Assembly (NCBI GenBank): GCA_905251635.1
Contig: CAJNOT010001046.1
Location: 33,679-53,864, forward strand
Direction: 5' to 3'
DNA: 20,186 nt
Origin: Rotaria sordida
Taxonomy: Eukaryota
Shown here: one piece after another, positions 8,541 to 19,012 of the stretch
How positions within the stretch are numbered: the stretch's first letter is position 1
Layout: each line of letters starts with the position of its first letter
Notes under the pieces: generated by a model
What the model saw: the letters and a program-made list of their open reading frames with translations, nothing else
Told to the model about the DNA's origin: nothing
Databases searched by the model: none
Program-made: the position numbers and the translations under genes

Positions 8541-10392
8541 GAGAAGTTCGTATTGATATTAAGTAATAGTTTTTCGAAAAGGTGAATTTAACAATACAAT
8601 AAATTTTAATGTTATATTTTATAAAACAAGTAAAGATAGTTGTAGAATGTATTTTCGAAAGAATTCAAGACTTAAGAATAAAGGTTTTCTTTCTATGTGT
8701 TTCAATGTAAAACTCTAATCGGAAAAAGTAGATTTTAAATAGATAAAATCTTGTCTGGTGAAGTAAAATTCTTTTCTCGATTCTTATAATAAATATGAAT
8801 CTGTCATCAACATTTAATTTTTACTAGTATTTTATTCTCGAATGTTTCACAGAAATTACAAATATTAAATAATTAAGTACAGTTATAATATTAAAAAAAA
8901 CCAGCTGTTAGCACAATCCCTGCAGGACTAAAATGTGAAATACGATGGAGCTTCTGATATTATACAAAAAAAGATTAATCAATATATGTTTAGATTTATG
9001 AATTTCTATTTACTATTCATGTATGTCGATGATGAAAATCGCGATATGTTGCCGTGAGTGTAAAAGGAAAGTAAAGAACCATTATCATACTAATTCCGCG
9101 GTGGCCTTCGATCTTGCGGTTATAACTGTTCCATCTGTGTGGGGGAGCTTCAAATTTCTATTCCTATACTTAAACAATTTGTAGGTTGTATTTTACATTA
9201 ACAGCAAGTTTTTCATATCATGATATCTCGTCCCTAGTTTTTATGACAAAAAATATTTAACGCTTATTACACTTCAAAGACATTAAAATGCAAATATTAG
9301 TTTGTGAAAAAAAAATTTGAACAATGTGATCTAATTAAAAGATCATTGTGAGAAAATACATGCTTCAACTGGTATTGATGTAATAGAACACAGACAAGAT
9401 TTTTCTAGCAAGATTATTAAGAGATTGATATGAATTAAGATGATTGATTAAATTTTCTGCCTGCAGAAAACTATTAATTTCTTCTGATTTCACAAGAAAA
9501 TAAGAAAGAACAATTATCAAGCAATGATGTCAAATACACGCATAGAAATATCCAGAAATAAGAATAATCTCTTTGGCAAACTCTTATATGCTAGAAAAAT
9601 TTATCTTCTCATATTAATATCATTTTTCTGGTATCGTGTGGCTTTGTTATAATTATAATTCCAAAATTCTCGAATATTTTAGTGAAACTACACTTTGTAC
9701 CAGTAGTGCCTTTTAAGTTAGAGACATAAACAGGTAGAAAAGTATGTTCAACAAATTCTTCAAACGTATACATGTTCGTCGATTAAGTTACATAAAATCA
9801 AAAAAAAAAGTACACTGAATCGTTTGTTTAAATCTTAAATGACTTTGTTTGCGCATAACATATTAACAGTGTAATGTTCGTTGTAGACATAAACAACGAA
9901 ATAAGTATATGCACTTATATATAGAAATATGAAGCTAGAACGATAGTTGTCTCCTTTGTAAGTCTTGTTATCGTTCTATTAATTGATGAAAAAAAAAAAT
10001 TCTTATTTGAATTAAAAAAGAAACGCAACGTTAATCTAAACAGTATTCAAATATTAGAAATTTATATTTCGTGATTCAAGCTCTTCTTTCTCGTAAAGAC
10101 TAAAATGCTCAAGGTTGATACATGAATAAGTTGCAGTTAAACGTGAATATACATCAACTACTAAATAGAATGCACACTGTTTCAATTATCAATCCAATCC
10201 TTACAAGAATAATCTAGACAGTTGAATTTCAACACGAACGATTACATTATATACAATAGCTTTATTATTTGTTGATTGTCACGTCGAGTCAACTAAATGA
10301 ATAGAAAATGAAAAACACGTGTAATATCAAATTACAAATAATGTCTGAAGATGTATTAATTGAACAGTCTGAAAAAAAAACAAAACAACAGA

Positions 10393-10419
10393 TGAACAAT
10401 ATATATATATATATGTTCA
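10393..10419. repeat. Near-perfect palindrome TGAACA(AT)nTGTTCA upstream of the LRR gene
   Basis: tgaacaatatatatatatatatgttca, 20-46 nt upstream of the ATG. Confidence 0.7.
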
Positions 10420-10438
10420 TTTTATTTCGTGAATAAAA

Positions 10439-11515
10439 ATGTCTAAAGTACATTATCAACTTTTTATACTTCTTTTTCTTACAATTACATTAATAAATTC
10501 TTATAATATTTCTTCATGCATTTCAAATACACCATGTCAATGTTATTTAACACAATATTCATTTAAATTATTCAATTGTTCACATACATTATTTGATATA
10601 CCTATATTTAATTCAAAAATAATAGATAATATAACAAAAGTTATAGCACAAAATTCATTTAATCAATGGCCAATTCAATTATGTAAATATTCAAATATTC
10701 AAATACTTGATTTAAGTGGTTCATATTTTAATTCGGAATTTATTGATTTATCATGCTTAATTTATTTAATACATTTAAATTTAAGTAATACACGATTAAA
10801 TAATATTCCAAATTTTAATAAAAATTTTTCAAATCATTTACAAATACTTGATCTATCAAATAATTATATAAAAATTCTTGATGGTTTATATTTTCAATCA
10901 TTAAATAATTTAATTTCATTATTTTTACAAAATAATCCAATTAAAACTATTGAACATTTAGAAATTTTTTTTTATTTATCAAATCTTGAAACAATTAATT
11001 TTATTTCATTAAATAGAGATATTACACTTAAACAATTAATAAATATAAATCAATGGATTAATATATCACAACAATGGAATAATACAAAAAAAAATTTTTT
11101 TATTCGTATAAAAAATATTCCATTACAATTAATTCTACCAAATCCAGAACAATTTTCAATTATTTCAATTGATTCAATAAAAATTATTTTAAAAAAATTT
11201 ATTAATTCAACATTTATTACTTTATTTAATACACCAAAATGTGTTTGTTCTCATCTTCGAATTTATCAACGAATATTTTCATTTATTGATTATCAAAAAA
11301 AGTATTCATCATCATTATTTCAATCAACAACATGTCTTATGTCAGATGGAATAACTCATGCTCGTTTATTTGATCGTCGAACATATATTGACTTACGATG
11401 TCCATTATTTGGAAAAACTTTTTTTCCTTTAATAGAAAGTTCATCATCATCATCATCATCATTAAACAATGTATTGATTCCTTTTTCTATTTTTTATTTG
11501 TTTTTAATGCATTGA
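10439..11515 (+). CDS. Secreted leucine-rich-repeat protein, probably membrane-anchored, intronless
   Basis: 358 aa ORF. N-terminal hydrophobic signal (YQLFILLFLTITLINS), an LRRNT-like Cys cluster (CISNTPCQCYLTQYSFKLFNC), repeats such as LQILDLSNNYIKILDGLYFQSLNNLISLFLQNNPIKTIE, an LRRCT-like Cys set (CVCSHLRIYQ...CLMSDG...CP), then a Ser-rich stretch and a terminal hydrophobic segment (NNVLIPFSIFYLFLMH). Confidence 0.85.
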   Translation: MSKVHYQLFILLFLTITLINSYNISSCISNTPCQCYLTQYSFKLFNCSHTLFDIPIFNSKIIDNITKVIAQNSFNQWPIQLCKYSNIQILDLSGSYFNSEFIDLSCLIYLIHLNLSNTRLNNIPNFNKNFSNHLQILDLSNNYIKILDGLYFQSLNNLISLFLQNNPIKTIEHLEIFFYLSNLETINFISLNRDITLKQLININQWINISQQWNNTKKNFFIRIKNIPLQLILPNPEQFSIISIDSIKIILKKFINSTFITLFNTPKCVCSHLRIYQRIFSFIDYQKKYSSSLFQSTTCLMSDGITHARLFDRRTYIDLRCPLFGKTFFPLIESSSSSSSSLNNVLIPFSIFYLFLMH

Positions 11516-13213
11516 GAAACAAAAAAAAAAGATGACTGTGTTTTTTTTTTCGTTTGTTTTCTTATCGAGGGTTTACAATAATAATAATTTTAGAGATTAG
11601 AAATTATATTACATAATTGAAATAATGTTAATTAAAATCTAAAAAACCACCATCTGAAAAATTCATAAATATAAATATATTATTTCTCATTTTAAAAATT
11701 TAATTTAGTACATACAATAATTTGTTTCATTATGATATTGATTGATTATTGTAGATGAATATTTTCTATTAGAATTAAAATCATCAATGACATAATCTAA
11801 ATGATTATTTAATTTTTGTCATGTTATAGAATAGATTTACATTAGAATGACTTTACTACTTGTCAACTGATCGCTAACTTAGTTGAAAAATGATTGTCGT
11901 ATGATAGTTTTTCAACAGGAAAATTAATCTGACATGAACTCAGAGATTTGCTTGAATCGAAATTTGTCGAAATTCAAGACTAACCTCTAAGCATTACTTC
12001 CTTTCTTTTATTAAATACCTGTATCAAACATGAAAATAAAAATAATATGATTTGTTGAAAACGTTTGTGATATTTAAATATATTTGATTTTCATGAACAG
12101 AAAATAGTGACAAAAAGAAAGAGATCATTTCAATACTAATGATACTCTAAAATATAAAAAAATTTATATATAACTAGTTGCCTATATAATAGAATCTTCA
12201 TTTGTTTCAACAACGTCAATAAATTCAACCAACACATAAAAAAATACTGTTTTCAGTAAGCTGAACTTCAAAATTTCTTGAAAAGTTGTAAAAAAAAAAG
12301 AAGAAAATATTCCTAGTAGCTTTCTGGACGTCCAGTAACGCTCGACTCCCCCGTCCAGGTTTGTCCAGTTTTGAGGAGCTCCATTCTTCCTTTAATTGGA
12401 CGTCCTTTAGGTTCGATTTTCTTGTTTCAGAATAGGAGCAAATCAGAAGAGCTGAAACATTCTCATTAATGTTCATCTCTGTACAAAGTTTCAAGTCGAA
12501 ATTCGAAAATTAGTTTTTCCCGGTGTTTGTGAGAAGGGCTGCAATTATCAAAATATTCCTTATCATTTCTCGAAAAATCAATTAGTAAAAATTACAAGAA
12601 TCTACAAAATAAGCCTTCATACATCTCATATTGATCTTAGAAATTATGATTAATACTTTTTTCAATCATATAATCTCTTCAATTCATTTGAGTATTCTTC
12701 ATGATTATGTTTATCGTAAGTTTTAATCAAATTATACGTAGATCTATCTATGTGCAAAATATCGTCATTTCATTCTTTTGTACACATACCATGCTATATG
12801 CTAAAATTTTAGTAAGATGTCTATAGCTTTATTGGGAAGTTCTACGCACCCTTATCATTTTAGAGTTTACCTTAAACATAGAGTCCGAACTCATGCACAA
12901 TTTTCAAATTAGGAAGGCTATGTGCCAATATACATTGCATATTCTCTTTTCTTTTTAACTAGAATACTATATTATATAATATTTTAGTTTTCGTCCAACA
13001 AATATGAATGAGAATAGTTTATAGAAATTCGAAAGAATCTCATTCATTAAATTTAATACTTATTCAATTTAAGAAATATTACACTAGAACTAAAAGAAAA
13101 ATGTATTGATCTTTCAAGATTTATTTATTATTAATTTGATTTAAATAAAAATGATATTAATATTAATTGATTAATATTCTGAACTATTGTTTGATGTACT
13201 CAATAATAGTAGT

Positions 13214-14405
13214 TTAATCATCATCGTCATCATCATCTCCATCATCTTCCTCAATATCTTGAATTTCATGATCATCATCATTATCATCATCATTTTCCCC
13301 TGTTTTCGATCGATAATCAATAGAATCATCATTATCCCAATGTTCATGACATATATCATCATTTTCAACTTGACGAATAGTCCATGCATCAAAACAGAAA
13401 TTTGAATTTGTCATATAATCATATGGAATATAACAATATCCTTTATCACCCTAGAATTAAAACAAAGTCAAGATAATTTTTTTAAGAATAAATTTATAAT
13501 TTTTACCCAATCTTCTCCCCATGAATTTCTAACAATAAATGCTCTTGATTGATCACTATAACCAACAGCTAATAATGCATGTCTATTGTGAAAAAATCAA
13601 TTTATTATCATTGAATTTTGAATAGAAATTTTCCAAAATAATACCTTCCATGTTCAGTTCGACTTTGTTCATCTTCATTTGGTATTGGTACAACACCTGT
13701 TTTAGATGCTTTATCAAATGATTTATATAATCGTAAACCAAATGCAAATGGAAAACCTTGTGCAAGACATGATTTCATTTCATCTAAATTAATATTTATT
13801 TTAAGTGCTTCAGTTATTTGATGATCTTTAGCTTGTTCATAAGCTTGATCATTAGGTCGAACATTAACAGATGTTATATCATAAGGCCAAACTGATTCAA
13901 AACAAGTACCAAATTCTTCTAATGCTTCAATAGCATCTGTCATTGAACAACCTTTATCAGTTACTGTAGTTGATTTCTTAGTACGTCCATTATAATAAAT
14001 AAATAAACGACTCATATCAATGTTTGAACTATTCACTTTTTTTAACAAATATTCATAAGCTCCTATGATAAAAACAACATATGAAACATTTAATAAAAAA
14101 ATTCATAGTTTTTCTTGTTATACCCGCAAGTGAATTTGCTGAACTGAATAGAAAAAATAACAAAATAAAGATAATAAAATCGATTATTCTTCTTACCAAC
14201 TACCAATTCTTGATTGATCTTCAACAGGTGTCATATCAGGTCGAAGATCAACTTTTGGTGGAAGTTGATCAGTACTATATAAGACATGATCAGAAAAAAA
14301 CTGTCGTAAATTTTCTTTGGATGGCATTCGAGTTGATGGCTTGATACCATTGAGTCGAAATTTTTTACAATTAAATCGATTACATAAATATGTTCGAATT
14401 GGCAT
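13214..14405 (-). CDS. Papain-fold (C1 family, prokaryote-like subgroup) cysteine peptidase, 5 exons: complement(join(13214..13450,13507..13582,13645..14062,14124..14143,14197..14405))
   Basis: Spliced product: MPIRTYL...LPPKVDLRPDMTPVEDQSRIGSCSANSLAGAYEYLLKK...MSRLFIYYNGR...DKGCSMTDAIEALEEFGTCFESVWPYD...[40 protein letters not shown]... Gln, Cys, His and Asn catalytic positions are all identifiable. Introns of 53, 61, 62 and 56 nt are all GT..AG and keep frame (960 nt, 319 aa). Confidence 0.88.
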
Positions 14406-14447
14406 TGCTAAATTCTGTATCGTATGAAAAAAGACAAGCTTGACTAG

Positions 14448-14455
14448 TATTTATA
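14448..14455 (-). promoter_or_regulatory. Candidate TATA box (TATAAATA)
   Basis: TATAAATA on the minus strand, ~43 nt upstream of the predicted ATG of the C1 peptidase gene. Confidence 0.45.
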
Positions 14456-15433
14456 CGAACAAGTTTACAACCTATCGATAATTATAATGATATTAGCTTC
14501 TTCTTGTTTTTTTGTGTATAATATTGAATTAAAACTTTCGTGTTTTTTTTTTATTAGGTTGTTTTTTCTTTTCACGCATCATTTCACGGCTCTGTATCAG
14601 ACCGTCTATCGACAAGTGTATCGTTGTTTTTTCTTCTTTCTTTATTGCAACCTTTAAATTAATATCGAAAGTGAAGCTTACCAATTATGTATTTTACTAT
14701 ATGTAACAAGGTAATTAGAAATATCTATTCAATATAATTATATTTATGATTAATTATGATTCTATACATTTTCGCATGAAAATGTTTTTAAGATTACAAA
14801 ATAATAAATGGAGCATGAAAAATAATATTAAAAAAATATTCTATAACCTTTTACTCAAAGATTCAATGCATAACAAAATAAATATGACATTTACCTTTAC
14901 ATAAAGTATAATATTGTTTCAAAAAATATTGTATCTAAAACATTTAAATTTTGATTTTTAGTAACACATGAAATATTTAGTCTTGTGTGATATGATGTGA
15001 AGATGATTTTTTTGTTTTTGCAATTGATGAAAATAATAAATTGAATAAAATGATTACTTCTTAGTATTCAAATAATATTGACGAGGGAAGTTCTCCCATC
15101 TAATTCATCACTTTTGAATCGAAAACATGTCCATCAATTGCTGAAAGTTTCAGCTGAAAATACCTTTCCTTTGTAAATTCGGCTGATATTCCTATGAAAC
15201 GTCGCCCGTCCTTTATTACTAAACAAAAGAAAATTTGCAGAACTTATCTTCCAACTTAATACATTATACACATATTTATTCAAACAAAACTACTTTATTT
15301 CACAGATTACTACTTATTACACAAAATCATTTTCATCTCTACATAGATTTTATTTTCTTACAACAATAGACAAGACAATTTTCTTTTATTTTATTCTGTT
15401 TTTCTTAAATTTAATACTTTATTGTTTCGTATT

Positions 15434-17312
15434 TCAGAACATTATTGAATAACATATTTTTGCATAAGGAAAATATTCTTGTAAAGATAAATTGGAACAT
15501 TTGCTTTCAGCACGTAATCTTAAATCATTTATTTTGGTACAATTAATTCGTGTAGCATCTCTTGTAAAATTATGTGTTACTCGCTGTAAAGACTTATAAT
15601 CAATACAAAGACGAACATTATTTGGCAAATACGTTTTAGTATCAAATAAAAGTTGTTCTATATAATCATCATGGACATGGACAAGCTTAAGTTCACAAAG
15701 AAACAAATATTCAAAAAGAGATAAATTTTGATTATCATTGTTTGATTCATAAGCTTGTTTACGATTTTGTGATTTACGATTAATCACAGATAATCGTTCC
15801 ATAAATGGAAATGATTGGGCAATTTGAAGAAAAAATTCATGTTCAAAAGGAGAGTCATCACATAATGACACTGCACGAACATATTCAAATAATCCGCCTG
15901 GGAAATGATTTGTAATATCACCGTAATATGGCATAAAAGATGGATATGAATAAATATGACATCGACCTTGTCGTGCCTCTGGCAAATAATCAACATAAGA
16001 AATAATTTGATTATTTCGAAAGTCAATGAATGTCTGTTGAATATCTTCTGTTGATGGACAATATATTTGATTACGAATAAACTTGATTGAGCGAATATAA
16101 AATCTAAATTGATTTAATCTTGGCATACGATTAATAATGTTTTTCTTCAAATGGTTTCCATCAATAAATGTCTCATTAACATAGACTGCAAGATATAAAC
16201 TGAGTTCCTCTAGATTTGACATTCGATTGAGAAGTGGAAGGATTGTTGTATTATAAGCAAGTGTTTTACCCTCACATGACAGAGAAAAACACTTTAGATT
16301 TGGTAAATCACCCTAAAAAACAAAATTTGTTTTCCTATTTGACAACATAAAAGTTTTCCTTGTAAAACTAACTTGATTTTGAATTTCATCTTGATGATAA
16401 ATATCTATTATATCAATATAGAGTGTATGAAGTTGATTAAAACGACCATCAAGAAGATAAAGACAATCTTCAATACATTGTACACTAATATTCAATTTCA
16501 AAAGAGTTGAAGAACGAAAAGTAGGAAGAGGTGGATCATCAAACCATAATAGAACACGATGTTTATACGATGATTCATATAATGTTAAACAAATTAGACT
16601 GGTGAAGACAGTCAAGATGTAATTGCATATGTTTATGATTGTTAATTCTATCTCGTTATTATGATCAATTGTAACAAAAAGTGTTGTAATCTGATCTTTG
16701 AAAATATCAGATGAAAGATTTTTGTCTAAATATATATGTAGAATATTAGTAAGAAAAAAACCTATGAAAATAATATCAATATATTCATATGATATAGTCA
16801 TCTATATGAATAAGTTTGATAGATTTTTCATTTTTGTTTTTAGAATAAGAACAATTGAATTGAAATATCTTACCAGTAAAAAGACATCGAGCTGACTCTT
16901 CATTAATATTATATAGACCAAGAGTATGTAAATTAGGATAATCGACAGCTTTTAAAACATATTTCATAGATGATGATTCAAGATCAAGCCATTGAATTTT
17001 ATGATGAATCGAAGGTAAAATTTGTAAACAAAATCGATTAAGTATCATATCACAACAAATTAGATCGATAAAATTATGTGATAACCATTTAACAAAAGTC
17101 AAATGACTTGTAAAAATTGGATCTTGAATAATTTTATTTAATCGTTGATTGACACCTTGGAAAGAATAAAGTATATCAAAATTGTTGAGTTTTTTGAAAA
17201 TAATCATAAGGATTTCATCAGGTAAATCATTTAATCCAATGCATGAATATTCCATGTTTATTGTTACTGATCTATTCTTTTCGATATATGAAAAATCAAT
17301 ATTTATATGCAT
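15434..17312 (-). CDS. F-box domain / LRR-like protein, 3 exons: complement(join(15434..16312,16373..16761,16874..17312))
   Basis: N-terminal F-box-like LNDLPDEILMIIFKKLNNFDILYSFQGVNQRLNKIIQDPIFTSHLTF. Introns of 112 and 60 nt (gtaaga..tcatag; gttagt..ttttag) keep a continuous frame (1707 nt, 568 aa). The start could instead be the Met at MEYSCIGLNDLPDE. Confidence 0.8.
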
Positions 17313-17446
17313 ATATTCATCTATTCTATTTGACCAATGTTGTCAATACAAAAAATGATACATTTTTCTTTAGTCAACATTGATAATGAATTGAAAGTAT
17401 AAATGAATGAATGAATATTGTTATTTCTGTTTTCTCATTTGTCTAA

Positions 17447-17508
17447 TATATATGTCGTATCGAAGTTGCAATTTCGATGGCCGATGTAACTTCGATACGA
17501 CATATATA
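17447..17508. repeat. 24-bp inverted repeat (23/24 pairs) with 14-nt loop
   Basis: TATATATGTCGTATCGAAGTTGCA - atttcgatggccga - TGTAACTTCGATACGACATATATA. Confidence 0.85.
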
Positions 17509-17526
17509 ATAATAAATGGTACTCTG

Positions 17527-17554
17527 TAGGTATTTATTTATTTATTTATTTTAC
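17527..17554. repeat. (TATT)n microsatellite
   Basis: gtatttatttatttatttattttacag. Confidence 0.8.
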
Positions 17555-18020
17555 AGTACATATGAACACTTGTAGGATTCAGTTAACATTTAATTAAAAT
17601 TAAAATTAGTTAAAAAAGATTTCTCTAATTATTTGAGAAAATGAATCTAAAAGCTACAGGATAGACTCTAAAATACAAAGTTTATTTGAGATTTCATATT
17701 CAACTATAAGAGTATTTATTTCTTCGTTTATATATTCATACTTCAGCATGTTGCTATCGAAAACTACATTTGTCTTTTTTTGTTGCAAAACTCTTAAGAA
17801 AGATTATACAATTCCATAAATGATCTTGAAGAGGTATCATTTAGCGCTTTCAAAAAATGCTTTCTGAATTTGTCAGTTATTTTAAAATTAAATGTATGAA
17901 ATAGAAACTGATGATCTTTTTAGATCGCATCACTAATGCTAATTTTTTTTTAGTGGTAACTTCGTTCAAGAAAAGTCTTCAAGACTGAATTTTCCGAGTC
18001 TGTGGAATAATTTAACATAT

Positions 18021-18610
18021 GGGGATGTCCGGAAAGTCATTAGAGTTAGGAAAATTTGAATATGTTCATCATTCTTCAACCAAATGAGCTGAATTTTTTT
18101 TCTGAAGGTAGAGAACAGATAGAAGTTTTTATTGATGAAGGAACAGTCTATTTATGGCCATGAAACTAGCAAACTTTTTTTCACTATATAAGTAAACTAC
18201 GCACAAATGTTTGTTGCTCATAGCTATAGTCTCATACTGTAGAATATTCTTTTATTTATTTATCAAGCAATATAGCTGATATATATACGTGTGTATGAGT
18301 GTGTTTGCTATGTGCTTCAAAAGAAAAAGAGAAATAAGACAACGGTTTAACTTAGCAAGTGATCTGATTGTTAGCACAAAATTACAATAAAAGAGTTATT
18401 TTTGGATGAGAAATAAATCTTCATTGTAGTTAACTAGTGATATAGTGAAGAAAATTTTGCTGGTTTCATGTCTATAAATCGACTGTTCCTTCATGAATAA
18501 AAACTTCTATCTGTCTGTTCTCTACCTTCAGAAACAAATTCAGTTCATTTAGTTGAAGATTGATAAACATATTCAAATTTTCCTAAGTTTAATGACTTTC
18601 CTGACACCCT
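18021..18610. mobile_element. MITE-like non-autonomous DNA transposon with ~180-bp terminal inverted repeats
   Basis: Left arm GGGGATGTCCGGAAAGTCATTAGAGTTAGGAAAATTTGAATATGTTCATC...CTGAAGGTAGAGAACAGATAGAAGTTTTTATTGATGAAGGAACAGTC... (18021-~18200) matches the reverse complement of ~18426-18610 (AGGGTGTCAGGAAAGTCATTAAACTTAGGAAAATTTGAATATGTTTATC...). TA dinucleotides border both ends. Confidence 0.75.
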
Positions 18611-18730
18611 ATATATAAAATCTATTATTAGGAATAGGAGTGCAACAAATCCTATTTTTCTACATAAAGATTGTAAATTTTCGGCATGAAGACCCACCAA
18701 ATCCGACCAAATCTTTGCATCAACTATAAA

Positions 18731-18910
18731 CAGTTTTATTTGCTCTACTCGATAATGGTGTAAAATAACCAAATCTATAAAAGAAACTCCTAAGATTTGG
18801 TAGGATTTGGTGAAAATATGACAGTTTTTACCAAACCCTACCAAATCTTAGAAGTTTCTTTCTTAGATTTGGTCATTTTACACAATTATCGAGTAGGGCA
18901 AATAAAACTG
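18731..18910. repeat. Foldback: ~81-bp inverted arms with ~18-nt loop
   Basis: CAGTTTTATTTGCTCTACTCGATAATGGTGTAAAATAACCAAATCTATAAAAGAAACTCCTAAGATTTGGTAGGATTTGGT (18731-18811) pairs with ACCAAACCCTACCAAATCTTAGAAGTTTCTTTCTTAGATTTGGTCATTTTACACAATTATCGAGTAGGGCAAATAAAACTG (18830-18910) with few mismatches. Confidence 0.9.
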
Positions 18911-18914
18911 GTTA

Positions 18915-19012
18915 GTGTGGGGTGTGGCTGTGTGGGTGGGTGTGGGTGTGGATATCTTCTCATCTCCCACACCCACACACAGCCACACCCACCCACACCC
19001 CACCCCACACCC
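18915..19012. repeat. Inverted telomere-like GTGTGGG / CCCACAC arms with G-quadruplex motif
   Basis: gtgtggggtgtggctgtgtgggtgggtgtgggtgtgg followed by ctcccacacccacacacagccacacccacccacaccccaccccacaccc. The exact 14-mer GGTGTGGCTGTGTG (18921-18934) recurs inverted at 18976-18989. Minus-strand GGGTGTGGGGTGGGGTGTGGGTGGG spans 18988-19012. Confidence 0.85.

Noticed and set aside
9080-9160. Possible tRNA or small structured RNA (ccgcggtggccttcgatcttgcggttataactgttcca)
   Set aside because: No acceptor-stem pairing or complete A-box/B-box arrangement could be assembled. The B-box-like 'ggccttcgatc' does not fit GGTTCGANNCC.
13171-13405. 72-aa and 73-aa ORFs rich in Ile or Met (…MIIIIIIIII… and …MMMIMMMIM…)
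   Set aside because: They are antisense or out-of-frame readings of the GAT/GAC repeat encoding the peptidase's acidic tail.
14081-14344. 87-aa plus ORF
   Set aside because: Antisense to introns and exons of the peptidase gene, whose splice phases and catalytic motifs are strongly supported on the minus strand.
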